A DNA stretch of 64,000 bases from assembly GCA_004022145.1 (NCBI GenBank), contig RCNU01000013.1, one strand, 5' to 3'. The translations under genes and the position numbers were made by a program. Of this stretch, positions 37,301-49,652 are shown piece after piece (positions within the stretch are counted from its first letter, which is position 1; each line of letters begins with the position of its first letter). The notes beneath the pieces are model-generated. The model was not told where the DNA came from. It saw nothing but the letters and a program-made list of their open reading frames with translations, and made no database searches. The stretch comes from Paecilomyces variotii (lineage: Eukaryota).

Positions 37301-40182
37301 CACGTCTTTGGCCACAGACGTGGTTTCGAAGTCTCCCATTTCTCATCAGCTTATGGAGATTGGCGCGGCAGCTTCTGCGCAAGAGAAGCTGCAGGAATAC
37401 ACCTACTCACCAAATGATCCTTTCTACATGATCTACACTTCCGTAAGATCCAGCATCCAATTTCAATGATAAGCGCTAACTGTTTCCATTACAGGGGAGT
37501 ACGGGAAAGCCCAAGGGCGTTCTCCTGACTCAGGCCAACACGCAGCAAATGCTTGCTACGCTGAACACTGATTATCAGTTTACAGCCCAAGACAACTTTC
37601 TCCATCAGTCCTCGATCTGTTTCGATCTCTCGGTCGTTCAGATCTTCTCTGCACTGACTGCCGGTGCCCAGGTCTGCGTTGCAACTGCAGAGACGAGAAA
37701 GGATCCGATTGCTCTCGCTGATTTCATGCGAGATGCATTCGTCTCCGTGACCTACTTTACTCCTACGCAGTTCGCGTTGCTTCTCGAGCACAACAGCGCT
37801 GCTCTGCGGAAGTGCAAGAACTACCGCGTTGCTTACTCCGCTGGTGAACGTCTGCCTGTGCGGGTGGCTAAGGCTTTCTACGATCTCGGAACCCCAGCTA
37901 CTCTGTACAACACCTGGAGTCCTAGCGAGTTGGTTGTGCAGACGTCCATTCAACGTGTTGAATACCCGGCTCCGGACTGCATCAACATCCCCATTGGTCT
38001 CCCCATGGCTAACTGCCGCCACTACGTCCTCGACTCATGCCTAAACCCCTTGCCAGTCGGCTTTATCGGAGAACTGTGTGTCGGAGGAGCTCAAGTCGGC
38101 GCTGGTTACCTTAACCGCCCCGAAGTCAACGCACGCTCTTTCATCAAAGACCCATTCTGCTCTGACGAGGACTGCCAAAGGGGATGGAACAGACTGTTCC
38201 GAACTGGAGACCGCGGACGCTTCCTTCCTGATGGCCGACTCGAATTCCATGGCCGTATCGCCGGTGACAAGCAGATCAAGTTGAGAGGTTTCCGGATCGA
38301 CCTCGGTGAGGTGGAGCAGATGCTCTACCGCGAGTCTTTCACCACTGACGGACAGGGAATTGTCGATATCTCCGTCGTGGCTAGAACAGTCAACGATGAT
38401 GCCTCACTCACCGACGACCGCCAGCTGGTGGCCTATGTGGTGACGAAGCGCCCACTGTCGACACCAGCAGAGAAGGCGCAGTATGCTGCCACTCTGCAGA
38501 GCCGAGTTGAGAAGCATCTGAATGCCTACATGCTTCCCAACGGCTACCAATTCCTGGACAGCCTCCCTGTCACGATTGGAGGAAAGGTCGACCGTCAAAA
38601 TCTTCTCAGCCGCCAGCTGGATCTAACCTACCCTTCTGCAGCGACTGCTCCCACTGAAGCACCTGCAGACTCGAAGCCTCAGGTCAACAACAGTGTCCTC
38701 AATGCTGTTATCAGCCTGTTCAAGAGTGTTCTGAACACTGACCGGGACATCGCAGCGACCGACAACTTCTTCCAGCTTGGTGGTCAGAGCATCCTGCTCC
38801 TCAGACTGCAGTCTAAGGTCAAGCGAACATTCAAGGTGAACCCCAAGTTGCAAGACCTCCTCCGCTCACCTACTCCTCTAGCCATTGCGGAGATTATCTG
38901 CTCTTTGAAGGATGGCTCGACTGGCAGCAAAGCTAGCGCGCCGGCTCAGGAGATCAACTGGGAGGACGAGATCGCCTTGCCCAATGACCGACGCTTCAAT
39001 GTGCCCTATGGAGTGCCACGTGTAAACCGTTCCGATGTGGCTAACGTCCTACTCACCGGTGCCGAGTCGTTCATCGGCATCCACATGCTGGCTACCATCC
39101 TCTCGGCCCGGCCGCAGACTACGGTCTTTGTTCTGGGAACCCACCAGCCGATCCAACACCAAACGCTCAAAGAGACCTTGGAGAAGTTTAAGCTGTTCGG
39201 AGGCGAGATCGACGAGAACGCACTGATCACTCGTACCCGCTGTGTTGAAGGATGCCTAGCCAAGGAGCAATTCGGTCTTACAGACAGCTCCTTTGACTCG
39301 CTCGCCCGCTCGGTGCACTCCATCTACCACCTGGCGTCCGAGGTGTCACTGCTCAAGACGTACCGCGACCTCAAGGCGATCAACACAACCTCCATTCTGA
39401 ACCTCATCCAGCTGGCGCGCCGCGGCGACCACCTCATCGAGATCAACCACCTCTCCACGTGGAGTGTACCGCATCTTCAGGCCTGGAAGGGGACTAAGCG
39501 CACCCGTGAGGGCATTATCACAGCAGAAGAGAGTGCCACACACTTCACCCCGCCGCCTACGAATGAATATGGTTACTTTAAGGCCCGCTGGGCTGCGGAG
39601 ATGCTGCTGACCGAAGCAGCTGAACGGGGCTTTCCTGTGTCGATCTATCGCGCCGCCGCCGCGACAGGAAGTACGGCGACCGGGGTATCGGAGTCTCAGG
39701 ACGACTTCATACGTAGCGTCGTGATGAACATGATTCAGCACAAGCTGATCCCGCAGGTAGACACGTCGCCCGAGTTCGTAATCGATTTCGTGCCGGTCAA
39801 CTACCTGGCGGCAACAATGTACGACATCTCGAGCAACGAGGAGGTGTACCAACCAGGTCTGTCAATTTACCACATTGGAAACAAGCAGCCACTGCATCTG
39901 AACGAGCTGCCGGAGCTGCTGGGGGAGATCCGGGGAGATGGATCCGTGGGACAAGCGATCCCGCTGGTGGAGTGGCTGCGAGTGCTAGCCGAGGGAGCCG
40001 ACGAGAAGGAACAGCTGCGGTGGGCGGTGACAAAGGACTACTTCATGAACGGACATACCATGTTCGCGCTGGACCGCACCAACACGGATGCGGTGCTGGA
40101 CGTGGTCGGTGAGAGTGTGGACTGCCCGAGGATCGACGTGCAGTACCTACGACAGATGTGGCGGGATGGAACCAACGCATAG
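28378..40182 (+). CDS. Hybrid HR-PKS-NRPS, ~3,899 aa (KS-AT-DH-MT0-ER-KR-ACP-C-A-T-R0); exons 28378-28650, 28704-37442, 37495-40182; PynA/PytA-like
   Basis: KS DTACSSS/EAHGTGT/NIGHLE; AT GHSSG, AFHSHH; DH HVVDGKVIFP; ER LIHSAAGGVG; KR GGLGGLG..YSSAN; ACP GLDSIV; C HHIAIDRGS; A YTS^GSTGKPKG, FDLS, FRTGD, GKVDR; T FFQLGGQSI; R-like LLTGAESFIG. Confidence 0.96.
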
Positions 40183-41382
40183 ACTGTGAGATTACTCTAT
40201 AGACATGGTGTCTGGAGTTTGATTTTTACTACATGTACCTAACTAGACTGAACCTGGATAAGATAGAAAAGGAGAGAAAAAAGCCAATAAAAAAGAATTT
40301 GGGATATAAAAGCTTTGTGCGTAGTACTACTACACTATGGTACATCTACGGTACATAACTAGATACATAGAACAGACCCAGTTAACTCGATAACTAAGTT
40401 AGCACTCGGGTCCGTGGTTAATGTTATCGCGTCAATGCCCGGAACGGGGATGATGGACAGCAGCTAAAACAGACTAAAAGTTAGTCAATCCTACTAAACA
40501 GCAATAAAGTTCCACTACTGTTCGCGGCAGGCAAGGAAAGGAGCCAACAAGAAAATAGCTTGATCAAATCTAGCTTGGGCATTCCAGCCCTGCGGGGGTC
40601 TTTAAGAAATTTGCGGGGAAAGGAATGGCCCATGGAGAAGAGAGAGCAGAAAGGAGGTGAACCGGGAAGTTTCGAAGATCATCGTCTCCAGTCAGAAAAT
40701 AGTGCCGAGTACAATGGGAGGCCTCAAAAGTAATTTATGTATTATTATTTGCTGCAAGAAACCCAGCCCATGTCATTATCATCGGATTGCAGCCCCGGTT
40801 CGAATAATTAATTCATTGCACAACCATAATACCCTACCTACCCCCTCTTGTTCTTCGGCTTCATTTTCGGCGGTGTCTCCCTTTCTTGCTCGCCTTGATT
40901 CTTTTTTTATTTTCCGAAAAAATATTTAAATAGAAAGAAAGGAAAAGGAAAGCGGTTTTCAAGCCAATTCTGCTGTCGGTGCTTGGATCTAGAACGGACA
41001 GAGTTTCGGCCGCGGTGACTCGATCTGTCTAACTATTTTCCTAGTTGGAAGCCGAAGTCGGGGCCCTTAGCTTCTACTCAAGCTATCCACGGGCGCTGTA
41101 TTATTTGAGCCGAGGCGTCTGCGTCTCGACGACGGTGTCTTTTTGGCTCTGGTCTTGTGACTCTTTGTGACTCTTTCTTCTCTTCCAGTTTTCTCGTCTT
41201 CTTCTTCTTCTCCTCCTCCTGCGGAGTGAAATTGGGATCTTTCCGAAGGGAGCTCAGGAGCAATTGAGCGCTGTCACAGTTACACGTCGTTCCGATCTGT
41301 GACACACCGGGAAGAAGATTGCGCTCTTCTTCCTCCCTTTTTTTTTTCCTGAGGCAGTTGCGAATTCATTTGCGTGGAAATC

Positions 41383-43529
41383 ATGGGGGCTTCAGGTTCG
41401 TTGCGATTGTGATTCGAGTTCCATGCATTGTTGTTTAAACCAGGTGAGGGGAAGTACATACATAACTGATGACGAACATGTATGCAGATCGCGAGCTCGA
41501 GGAGGAGAAGAAGAACGGACGCACCGTTGAAGCACCGCCGGCCTATGATGATGTGCCGCAGTTGAGGACGACGACGGAGCGAAAGCTCATGGCGAAGATC
41601 GACTGGCACGTTTTGCCTGTGTTGTGTGTGTTGTATCTATGGGCTTTTTTGGATCGGTATGTGGAATTCTTTCGTCTGGTATTTGGTGCAGATGTGCGCG
41701 CGCTTCGGACCGGTTATGTAGTAATTGAGTTGGTTTTCTTTTGTGCTGACTGGAAATGTGTGTGCAATGCAGAGTGAACATCAGTAATGCAGTCATTTTC
41801 GGACTGGAGGACGACTTAGACATTAATCCTGCGGGCACCAAGTATAATACGGCGCTGACGATATTCTTCGTGCCGTATATCATCTTTGAGATTCCGTCGA
41901 ATGTCCTGCTGAAGAAGCTGAAGCCGCATGTTTGGTGTATGTGTTGATATCTCTCTGATTTGGTGTATGTTCTGGGACGAGAAGACAGTCAGTCTTAACT
42001 GACCGCGAATTCAACAGTGTCGATATGCATGTTCGGATTCGGTCTCTGCATGTGGTGCCAGGGTCTGGTTTCCAGTTGGAGCGGATTGATGGCTACGCGA
42101 TTCTTCATGGGTGCTTTTGAAACGGGCATGTTTCCTGGCTGTGAGTGGCATTCTGTTTTGAAGCTCGTTCGTCAGGACGGTCAGTTTGCTGATTGGATTT
42201 CCGAATAGGTTTCTACCTCATGGGCATGTGGTATAAGCGCAGCGAGGCACAAAAGCGATTCAGTTTCTTCTTCAGCTCGACGACGCTGGCCGGTGCCTTT
42301 GGTGGTCTTCTGGCGAGCGGCATCGGTGAGATGGACGGCGTGCGTGGGTACCGCGGCTGGCGCTGGATCTTTATCATCGAGGGCGCCATCACCTGTGTCT
42401 TCGCCATTGTCTGGTTCTTCTGCATTCCTGACTTCCCTGAGGACGTGAAGTGGATGAATGAGGAGGAGCGGGAATTCATCAAGGCTAAACTGGCGGCTGA
42501 TTCGGGCAACTCCGCGCACCACATCCAGATCGGCTTCAAAGACGTGGTGAAGGTCTTCAAGGACTGTGAGTGATTGAATCTCAAGGAGGAGGTTGGGGGT
42601 TCGACACTGACGAGGAACAGACAAGGTTATTATCGGTGGGTTGATGTACTTTGGTCTCATTGTTCCGGCTTATGGTGAGTTACACTGGCGGTGCTTCTGG
42701 AAACCTTGTTTTGACGATTCCTATAGGATACGCGTACTTTGCACCAACTATCATCAAGACTTACGGATATGGCAGTAAGTAGTCCATTGCTTTTTCTCCT
42801 AGTATTTCTTTCAACTCAGACTAATTGACAATTGCAGACATCACGACGCAGCTCTATTCGATTCCCCCGTGGGCTGCCGCCTTTGGCTTCTCGATGGTGA
42901 TCGCCTACCTGTCGGATCGCACGCGGCATCGTTTTGTATTCGCGCTGTTCCCGATTCTTGTTGCAATTGCTGGTTTCGCCATCCTGATGAACGTACATGG
43001 CAAGGAGCACCGGTCAGTCGAGTACGGAGCGCTGTTCCTGGTGACCAGTGGCTCCTACAGGTAGGCTCTAGCGTACACCCGCTGAGACTGGACATTCGCT
43101 AATCTGCTGCAGTGCCATGCCCGTTATTGTCTGCTGGTTCGCAATGAACCTGGGAGGTCATCATCGCCGCAGCGTGGGAACCGCGTGGCAGGTTGGCTTT
43201 GGAAACAGTATGTGTCTCTTAACTACTACTTCGAGGATCCCGCCTATAACTATATACTAACTGGTGCTCCTCTAGTTGGCGGAATCATCGCCACATTCTC
43301 GTTTCTGCAGAAAGACGCTCCACTCTACCGACCCGGCTACATCATCTGCATCTCGTTCATCTGTCTGTCGGCGGCGTCCTGCGTGGCGTACCTGTTGGCT
43401 GTGTGGTACGAGAACCGCCGGCGCGATCGCAAGGCGACGATCATGCACCCCGCAGCGGCGGCGGAGATCGATGAGCGTGAGGAGGCGCTACTGGGAGATC
43501 TGGCACCCACGTATCGCTACAATTACTAG
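41383..43529 (+). CDS. MFS transporter, anion:cation symporter (allantoate/nicotinate permease-like); many introns, start exon tentative
   Basis: ERKLMAKIDWHVLP, FLDR^VNISNA, FEIPSN, ETGMFPG, WY.RSE.QKR, RGWRWIFIIEG, SDR..HR, W.AMNLGGHHRR. Confidence 0.88.
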
Positions 43530-43860
43530 GTCCTCTCATATTTAAGCTAGATCATGGGCCAATGGGGCCTAGCTGGATAATAAACGTCATGATTTTGGGG
43601 TGGATGTTCGATCAAATCCGGTCAGATCAGGGTAACTATTATTATTATATATGACAGAAATGCACGAGTCTACGAACAATTGGATGAGCATGATTATGCA
43701 GTTATTATTATCTTGGGGACTGGATCTCGGTCACATAGATACCGCATTAATAATACTCATAATACCGATCATATCAATAATACCGGTGATACTGTATTGT
43801 CATTTCGTGCGGGGAACGCGGAGGCGGCTTATGTAATACACGCCGCGGTTGTTTCGGATC

Positions 43861-43900
43861 CTATCAGCCAATCAGCGCGCTCTAATCAGGCCGGTCAGCG
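43861..43900 (+). promoter_or_regulatory. CCAAT box with repeated TCAG units upstream of hemA (candidate CBC/HapX site)
   Basis: CTATCAGCCAATCAGCGCGCTCTAATCAGG; CCAAT at 43868-43872, ~265 bp before the hemA ATG. Confidence 0.35.
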
Positions 43901-44135
43901 GCGACTTCACGGCATCTGGTTGGCCGAGGGCCGGAGTTCTTGCATCGCCGTGACGCCGTCCCGAGCAAACGCCGGCTGCAGAGACTGATAAAACATCTCA
44001 ACTTCCAACTTTCCTCCCGCCGGATCCGTCTCATCTTCCTCTCTCTGCAGTTGAAGAGGGCGTCTTTCGCATCAGAAAAGTCATCTAGAAACCATTCACA
44101 GCATATTCCTGACAGAGAAGCTCTCGTCGTCCGTC

Positions 44136-46094
44136 ATGGAGGCTCTTCTCAATCAGTCCCGCGCGATGTGTCCGTTCCTCAAGCGCACCTCGCCCTCTGC
44201 GTTGCGCTCTCTCTCTACGGCTACTCGTCCCAGTCCTGGTGGTGGAACCATCTCCAACCTCCAGACGCTCGCTCGTCGCTGTCCGGTCATGAGCAAGGCG
44301 CTCGCTGTCCAGAGCGCTCGTCTTGCCACGACCAAGCGCTTCCCGACTGCGGCACGCCGTGCTTACCACACCACCAATGGTCAGGGCGCCAGTGTGCAGA
44401 CGGGCACTTATCGCAAGAATGAGCGTGGTATGTCGACCTTGTATACTCATTGAGGGGGTACTTCCGAGTCAATTGGGTCAATGTATGTACTGACCAGGAC
44501 AGTTCCGCCTGTGACTGCAGACCGTGCGCAGACTGCGCAGCCAGCGGCGTCGACTTTCCCTGGCCCCCGTCCCCAGGCTCCGTCTGTGGCCCGTTTCGAC
44601 TATGAGGCTTTCTACGAGAGCGAACTCCAGAAGAAGCATCAGGACAAGTCTTACCGCTACTTTAACAACATCAACCGTCTCGCCCGCGAGTTCCCCCGCG
44701 CCCATATGGCTACTACTGAGGACCGTGTGACGGTCTGGTGCTCCAACGACTACCTGGGCATGGGTAGCAATCCGGAAGTCCTCGAGACTATGCATCGTAC
44801 TCTGGATACCTACGGTGCAGGCGCGGGTGGTACTCGAAATATCTCCGGTCACAATCGCCACGCTGTCGCTCTGGAGAATACGCTGGCTGATCTGCATGGG
44901 AAGGAGGCTGCGCTTGTCTTCAGTTCCTGCTACGTCGCCAACGATGCTACTCTCGCGACCCTGGGCAGCAAGATGCCCGATTGTGTCATCTTGTCGGATA
45001 GTCTGAACCATGCTTCCATGATTCAGGGTATCCGCCACTCTGGCACCAAGAAGATGGTCTTCAAGCACAACGATCTCGAGGATCTCGAAGCTAAGCTGGC
45101 CTCTCTGCCACCACACGTTCCCAAAATCATTGCTTTCGAGTCTGTCTATAGTATGTGCGGATCTATCGCGCCCATTGAGAAGATCTGTGATCTCGCGGAC
45201 AAGTACGGCGCCATTACTTTCCTCGATGAAGTGCATGCCGTTGGTATGTACGGTCCTCACGGTGCAGGAGTTGCGGAACATCTTGATTACGATGTTTATG
45301 CATCCAAGGACACTCCTCAGCCGCAGAGCACAAAGGGCACCGTCATGGACCGCATTGACATTATCACTGGTACGCTGGGTAAGGCGTATGGCTGCGTGGG
45401 TGGCTACATTGCTGGTTCTGCCGCCATGGTGGACACCATCCGTTCGCTGGCTCCTGGGTTCATTTTCACTACGTCCCTTCCGCCTGCCACCATGGCTGGT
45501 GCGGATGCAGCCATCAAGTACCAGTCGAGATACCAGCGTGACCGCGTGCTGCAGCAATTGCACACCCGCGCGGTGAAGGATGCCCTCAACGCGATGGACA
45601 TCCCCGTCATCCCCAACCCGTCCCATATCGTGCCGGTTCTGGTCGGAGACGCTGAATTGGCCAAGAAGGCCTCCGACATGCTGCTCGAGGAGCACGACAT
45701 CTACGTGCAGGCGATCAACTACCCGACTGTCCCTCGCGGTGAGGAACGTCTGCGCATTACCCCTACCCCCGGACACCTCAAGGGGCACCGCGACCATCTC
45801 GTGCAGGCGCTGAACAGCGTTTGGAATGAGCTGGGCATCAAGCGCACCAGCGACTGGAGGGCCCAGGGCGGTTTCGTTGGCGTCGGTGTTGAGGGCGCCG
45901 AGGCTCTCAATGCCCCCATCTGGGAGAACCACCAGCTGGGTCTCGTTGAGGGTGAGTCCATTGAGGCGGCAGCGCAGCGCGAGCTGAATGCTGCGGCCAT
46001 GGAGAAGCAGAAGGTCATCCCTCGCATGCAGACTGGTGCTCCAGCGCAGCCTGCTGCGATTGCCTCTGCCGCTGTTGGCGTTGCTGCTGCGTAA
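44136..46094 (+). CDS. hemA: 5-aminolevulinate synthase, mitochondrial; one intron ~44428-44502
   Basis: Presequence with CP heme-regulatory motifs (MCPFL, RRCPVM); [50 protein letters not shown] (PLP lysine), INYPTVP. Confidence 0.97.
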
Positions 46095-46708
46095 GCAGCC
46101 ACTTCTTCTAGTCTCTGCGGGATGATCTCGTGTCCGCTCTCTTCGACCAATATTATAGTCAATGCAACTGGGTTGATTTATCCCCTGTTGCTTGTTTACA
46201 TACATTCTACCAATGAATCTACGAAGGCCCTAGGCCGTTATCTTTGGTGATGACTTTCCCATGAATATTGTGCCTAGTCTCAATGCGTAGTAATGTGTTC
46301 TTGGAGCTACTTGCCCTTTGCTTCCAGCGTCTAGTCTGTGCACTGCTTGGTGTGTCAAGAAGTGAGATGTCTGAAGCGGCATTGGTTCTAACAATACATT
46401 TTTTCGGTCTTGAATTGGAGTATTTTTGTAGTCGTCGTGTAGTGGGTCTAGTCGATGCAACGCCGTGACGTGATAGCTTGACTTCTAGACTATCCAATGG
46501 ACCACCTGCGAATCTCATTCCAATAAATCCATCACTCCAGTACATACTAATTCCGATGAAGCGTGCGGAGATATAACTATGCAGTAAATCATGTGACACA
46601 ACGTAAGCTCCACCAACCACCATCCTTCAATCAGATAAGAAGCAATTCAATCTCCATACCATGTACCATATGCGCCATAACCCAACTCAAACCTCAACAC
46701 AATCCAAA

Positions 46709-47656
46709 ATGTCTCCAAATCCACCACCAACCGCCCAAACAATCGCCGACATAAACACCCTCTCTCATTTCCTCTCCTCCTCCTCCAACACCCTCCCCCG
46801 CGCCACCACCTCCTCCTCAACATCACCAACCCACCCTCCAATCCCTCCAACCGACTGCATTGTCATCTGCGCCTCCGCCATCCTCCACCAAGCCGAAATC
46901 CTCTTCAGCGCCCTCTCATCCAATCCCAATCTAACACCCCGTCTCGTCCTATGCGGTGGAATCGGCCACTCGACAAAATTCATGTACGAGGCCGTAGCGA
47001 AGCATCCGCGCTTCGGGGACATTGCGGAGCAAATTAAGGGATTCCCAGAAGCGAGGGTTCTAGAGAGGATTTTAGATGTGTTTTTTAATGGGCAGAAGAT
47101 AAGGCAGATGGGATGTGAGGTGTTGGTGGAAGATGAATCGACGAATTGTGGAGAGAACGCTGTTAAGACTAGGGGGGTTTTGGAAGATGCAGAAAAAGCG
47201 GCAGCAGCAGAAGCAGCAGCAGCAGCAGAAATAATACAAAAAAGACACCATCCACGAACATTTCTAATAATCCAAGATCCAACAATGATGCTTCGGACGA
47301 AAGCGTCGTTCGAAAAAGCATATCAGGATATACTTCCCGCGAGAGAGTTTATTTGTTTTCCGACGTTCGTGCCTGAGGTGAAGTTATCAACATCAACATC
47401 AACATATACTTCCGGTTCTGGTTCTGATTCATCGGAAATGATGACGATAACATATTCAAATACCACGCCTCCTCCAGAGGGGTTATGGGATTTTGAGCGG
47501 TTTTATGATCTCATCATGGGTGAGATTCCGAGATTGAGAGATGATAAGGAGGGGTATGGACCGAATGGAAAGGGGTTTATTACCCATGTGGATGTTCCCA
47601 GGGATGTGGAGGAGGCGTGGGAGAGATTAAGGGCTTTTAGGGTTGGGGGGAGGTAG
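46709..47656 (+). CDS. DUF218 / YdcF-like protein
   Basis: DINTLSHFLS, LVLCGGIGHST, EARVL, VEDESTNCGENA, IIQDPTM.LRT.ASF, LIMGEIPRLRDD..GYGP.GKGFI.HV. Confidence 0.8.
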   Translation: MSPNPPPTAQTIADINTLSHFLSSSSNTLPRATTSSSTSPTHPPIPPTDCIVICASAILHQAEILFSALSSNPNLTPRLVLCGGIGHSTKFMYEAVAKHPRFGDIAEQIKGFPEARVLERILDVFFNGQKIRQMGCEVLVEDESTNCGENAVKTRGVLEDAEKAAAAEAAAAAEIIQKRHHPRTFLIIQDPTMMLRTKASFEKAYQDILPAREFICFPTFVPEVKLSTSTSTYTSGSGSDSSEMMTITYSNTTPPPEGLWDFERFYDLIMGEIPRLRDDKEGYGPNGKGFITHVDVPRDVEEAWERLRAFRVGGR

Positions 47657-48116
47657 GTGGTTGTATTGTATGAAATATGGAGGAGAGAGTTGCTGTGCAG
47701 GAGAGGGAAAGGGACTTGTTTTTGATGGGCTTGTTGATTTACTTGGCGTATTATGAGATATATGAATGTATACTAGACTACATAGGTGCTTTCTTTTACT
47801 GGATTCAGCCTATAAAGATAGATGCCCATCGTTTTCGGAGGCATCGATAGATAGATAGCAACATTAGGCTCTCTTATCTGCCAGAATTGATTAGTTAGAG
47901 CATACATATATAGGAAACTCAGCTGCTGTTGCAGTTACGCGAGAACTTTCTATTCCAGTATGCAAATGCTCGCTGGTAAACAAAATGATAATCAATATGC
48001 AACTTGAAATCCTTGCTACCCTGCAGACCAACCGACGCCTGTATATATCCCCGCATCGTAACACAAATGCTTGTACAGTATAATTCCGATCCTGACGAAT
48101 TCATCATCTCTAGATT

Positions 48117-49652
48117 TCACTCGACCGTCTCTGTCTCCACGTCTAATGGGAATGGTCCTTGAATAATGCCTTTTCCAATCTCCACTAGGTCACCACCGAA
48201 GTAAGGCGAAAAAGGATTTTCCCCCTGGCCATAGAAAAATTCAGCAGCCTCGCGATCTAGGCAGGACCACCCATAGCCTCCAGGGAGTGGGACGCGCACT
48301 TTGAGTAGTGGTCTTTCATCGATAGGACGTTCATGCTAGGCCAGAGTTTCGCGCATATCTTCAAATAGATCATACCAGCTGTCCCATTCTCCAGTAAATT
48401 TCAAAGCGCTTAGTTCGACAGATCGTAATGTTTTCGGTAATGCTTTAAGCACCGAAAGCAAATTGTCTACTCGAACGAGAAATCCTGAGAGACCAAAATG
48501 CCGTAGTTTCGGCCATTTCTCGATAGGTAGGAATGTCTGTAATGGGATCCAATGCCGAGTAAATTGCATAGTCCAATGTACATCAAGTTCTTGAATTCGA
48601 TCGTAATCGATTTGAGTCCGTAGGCTAAAATGCGTTAGATCTGATGATGTCTGGCTAAGTGCACGTTTGAGATAGCCGCTGCGGAAAGATGACCATTCTT
48701 GGTCTTCATTGTATTGCCCGTAACCAGCAAGGCATAAATCGATACGAGTAAACCCTGGCCGTCGGAATATTGTAATGAGGTTGTTGTATTCTTCGCAAGG
48801 TTTGTCAAATATGCGGCAATTTAAGCCCGTTTCAAGTCCATGGGGCTCAATTATAAGCTCTGAAACTCGGTGGTCACTCCTTTTTGCCAGTTCCCGTATA
48901 ATGATGCAGAACCCTCGCCATCTTAATCTCTCTTGCTCGTCCCACGGTAATAAATATGGAGGGACCCCAGTATGATCTGGAAGTGGCCAAATAGGGAGGT
49001 TGGAATAATCAAACCACTGACAACGTATGTCGTCATGGAGGATTGGGTAATTAAACCCAGGTGGAAATGCGCGGATCATTGGTGTCTCATATAGCGGTTT
49101 ATCCAATATCCCATGTGCTGCGGGCGTAATAATGATCCTTTTCAACGCCGGAAAACGCTTTAAGGCATAGTTAAATGCTTCAATATCCGCCCCGGACGCT
49201 ATCACGTCTTTCTGCTGCTGCACAAGTTGCTGGTAGTATTCCCATGATTCTTTGATTGACAGATTAGGTTCCTCGTTTCGTCTTTCGACTCTTTCTTGGA
49301 TGTTCCACTCGCAGATCTCTGTGAACCAATGCCCCAGGGCCAAATGAGACCAGTTCCGAGTCGGTTCAATCTTATCCACTAACTGTACGTCATCCCAGAT
49401 GATCTCGATGATATAACGGCGGTACATTTCATGACCAGCAATCGCACGGAGAACTTCGATATTGCGCGGATTAGGAGATAAAAACACTCTTTTTATTCGG
49501 AGACGAGCCCTCTCGCTCATCGTCCTACATGTCAAACGGAGACTTTTGATATCGCGGTTTGGTAGGTACGATATCACAAATTCCAGGACTTCAACGGGGA
49601 TATATGTTAATGTTGACCATCCAGATTGACCGATACTAGACGGAAGTGCCAT
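48117..49652 (-). pseudogene. F-box domain protein with in-frame premature TAG at 48336-48338
   Basis: LTYIPVEVLEFVISYLPNRDIKSLRLTCR F-box; the same frame continues past the stop through ..EFFYGQGENPF.. to TGA at 48117. Confidence 0.65.

Noticed and set aside
41383-43529. Second MFS as the cluster exporter
   Set aside because: ACS/allantoate-permease type, typically nutrient uptake, and the cluster already has an internal MFS; membership is unsupported
44136-46094. hemA as a cluster gene supplying 5-aminolevulinate (or a C5N unit) to the PKS-NRPS
   Set aside because: It has a full mitochondrial presequence with heme-regulatory CP motifs, like the housekeeping enzyme. The A domain retains the alpha-amino-binding Asp. 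Proximity (4 kb) is the only support; genome copy number would settle it
44478-46205. 575-aa antisense ORF over hemA (and similar antisense ORFs over the PKS-NRPS, reductase and ino80)
   Set aside because: Shadow ORFs expected from biased codon usage on the coding strand; no recognisable motifs
47195-47410. GCA and TCAACA microsatellites in the DUF218 gene
   Set aside because: Ordinary in-frame low-complexity poly-Ala and Ser/Thr tracts
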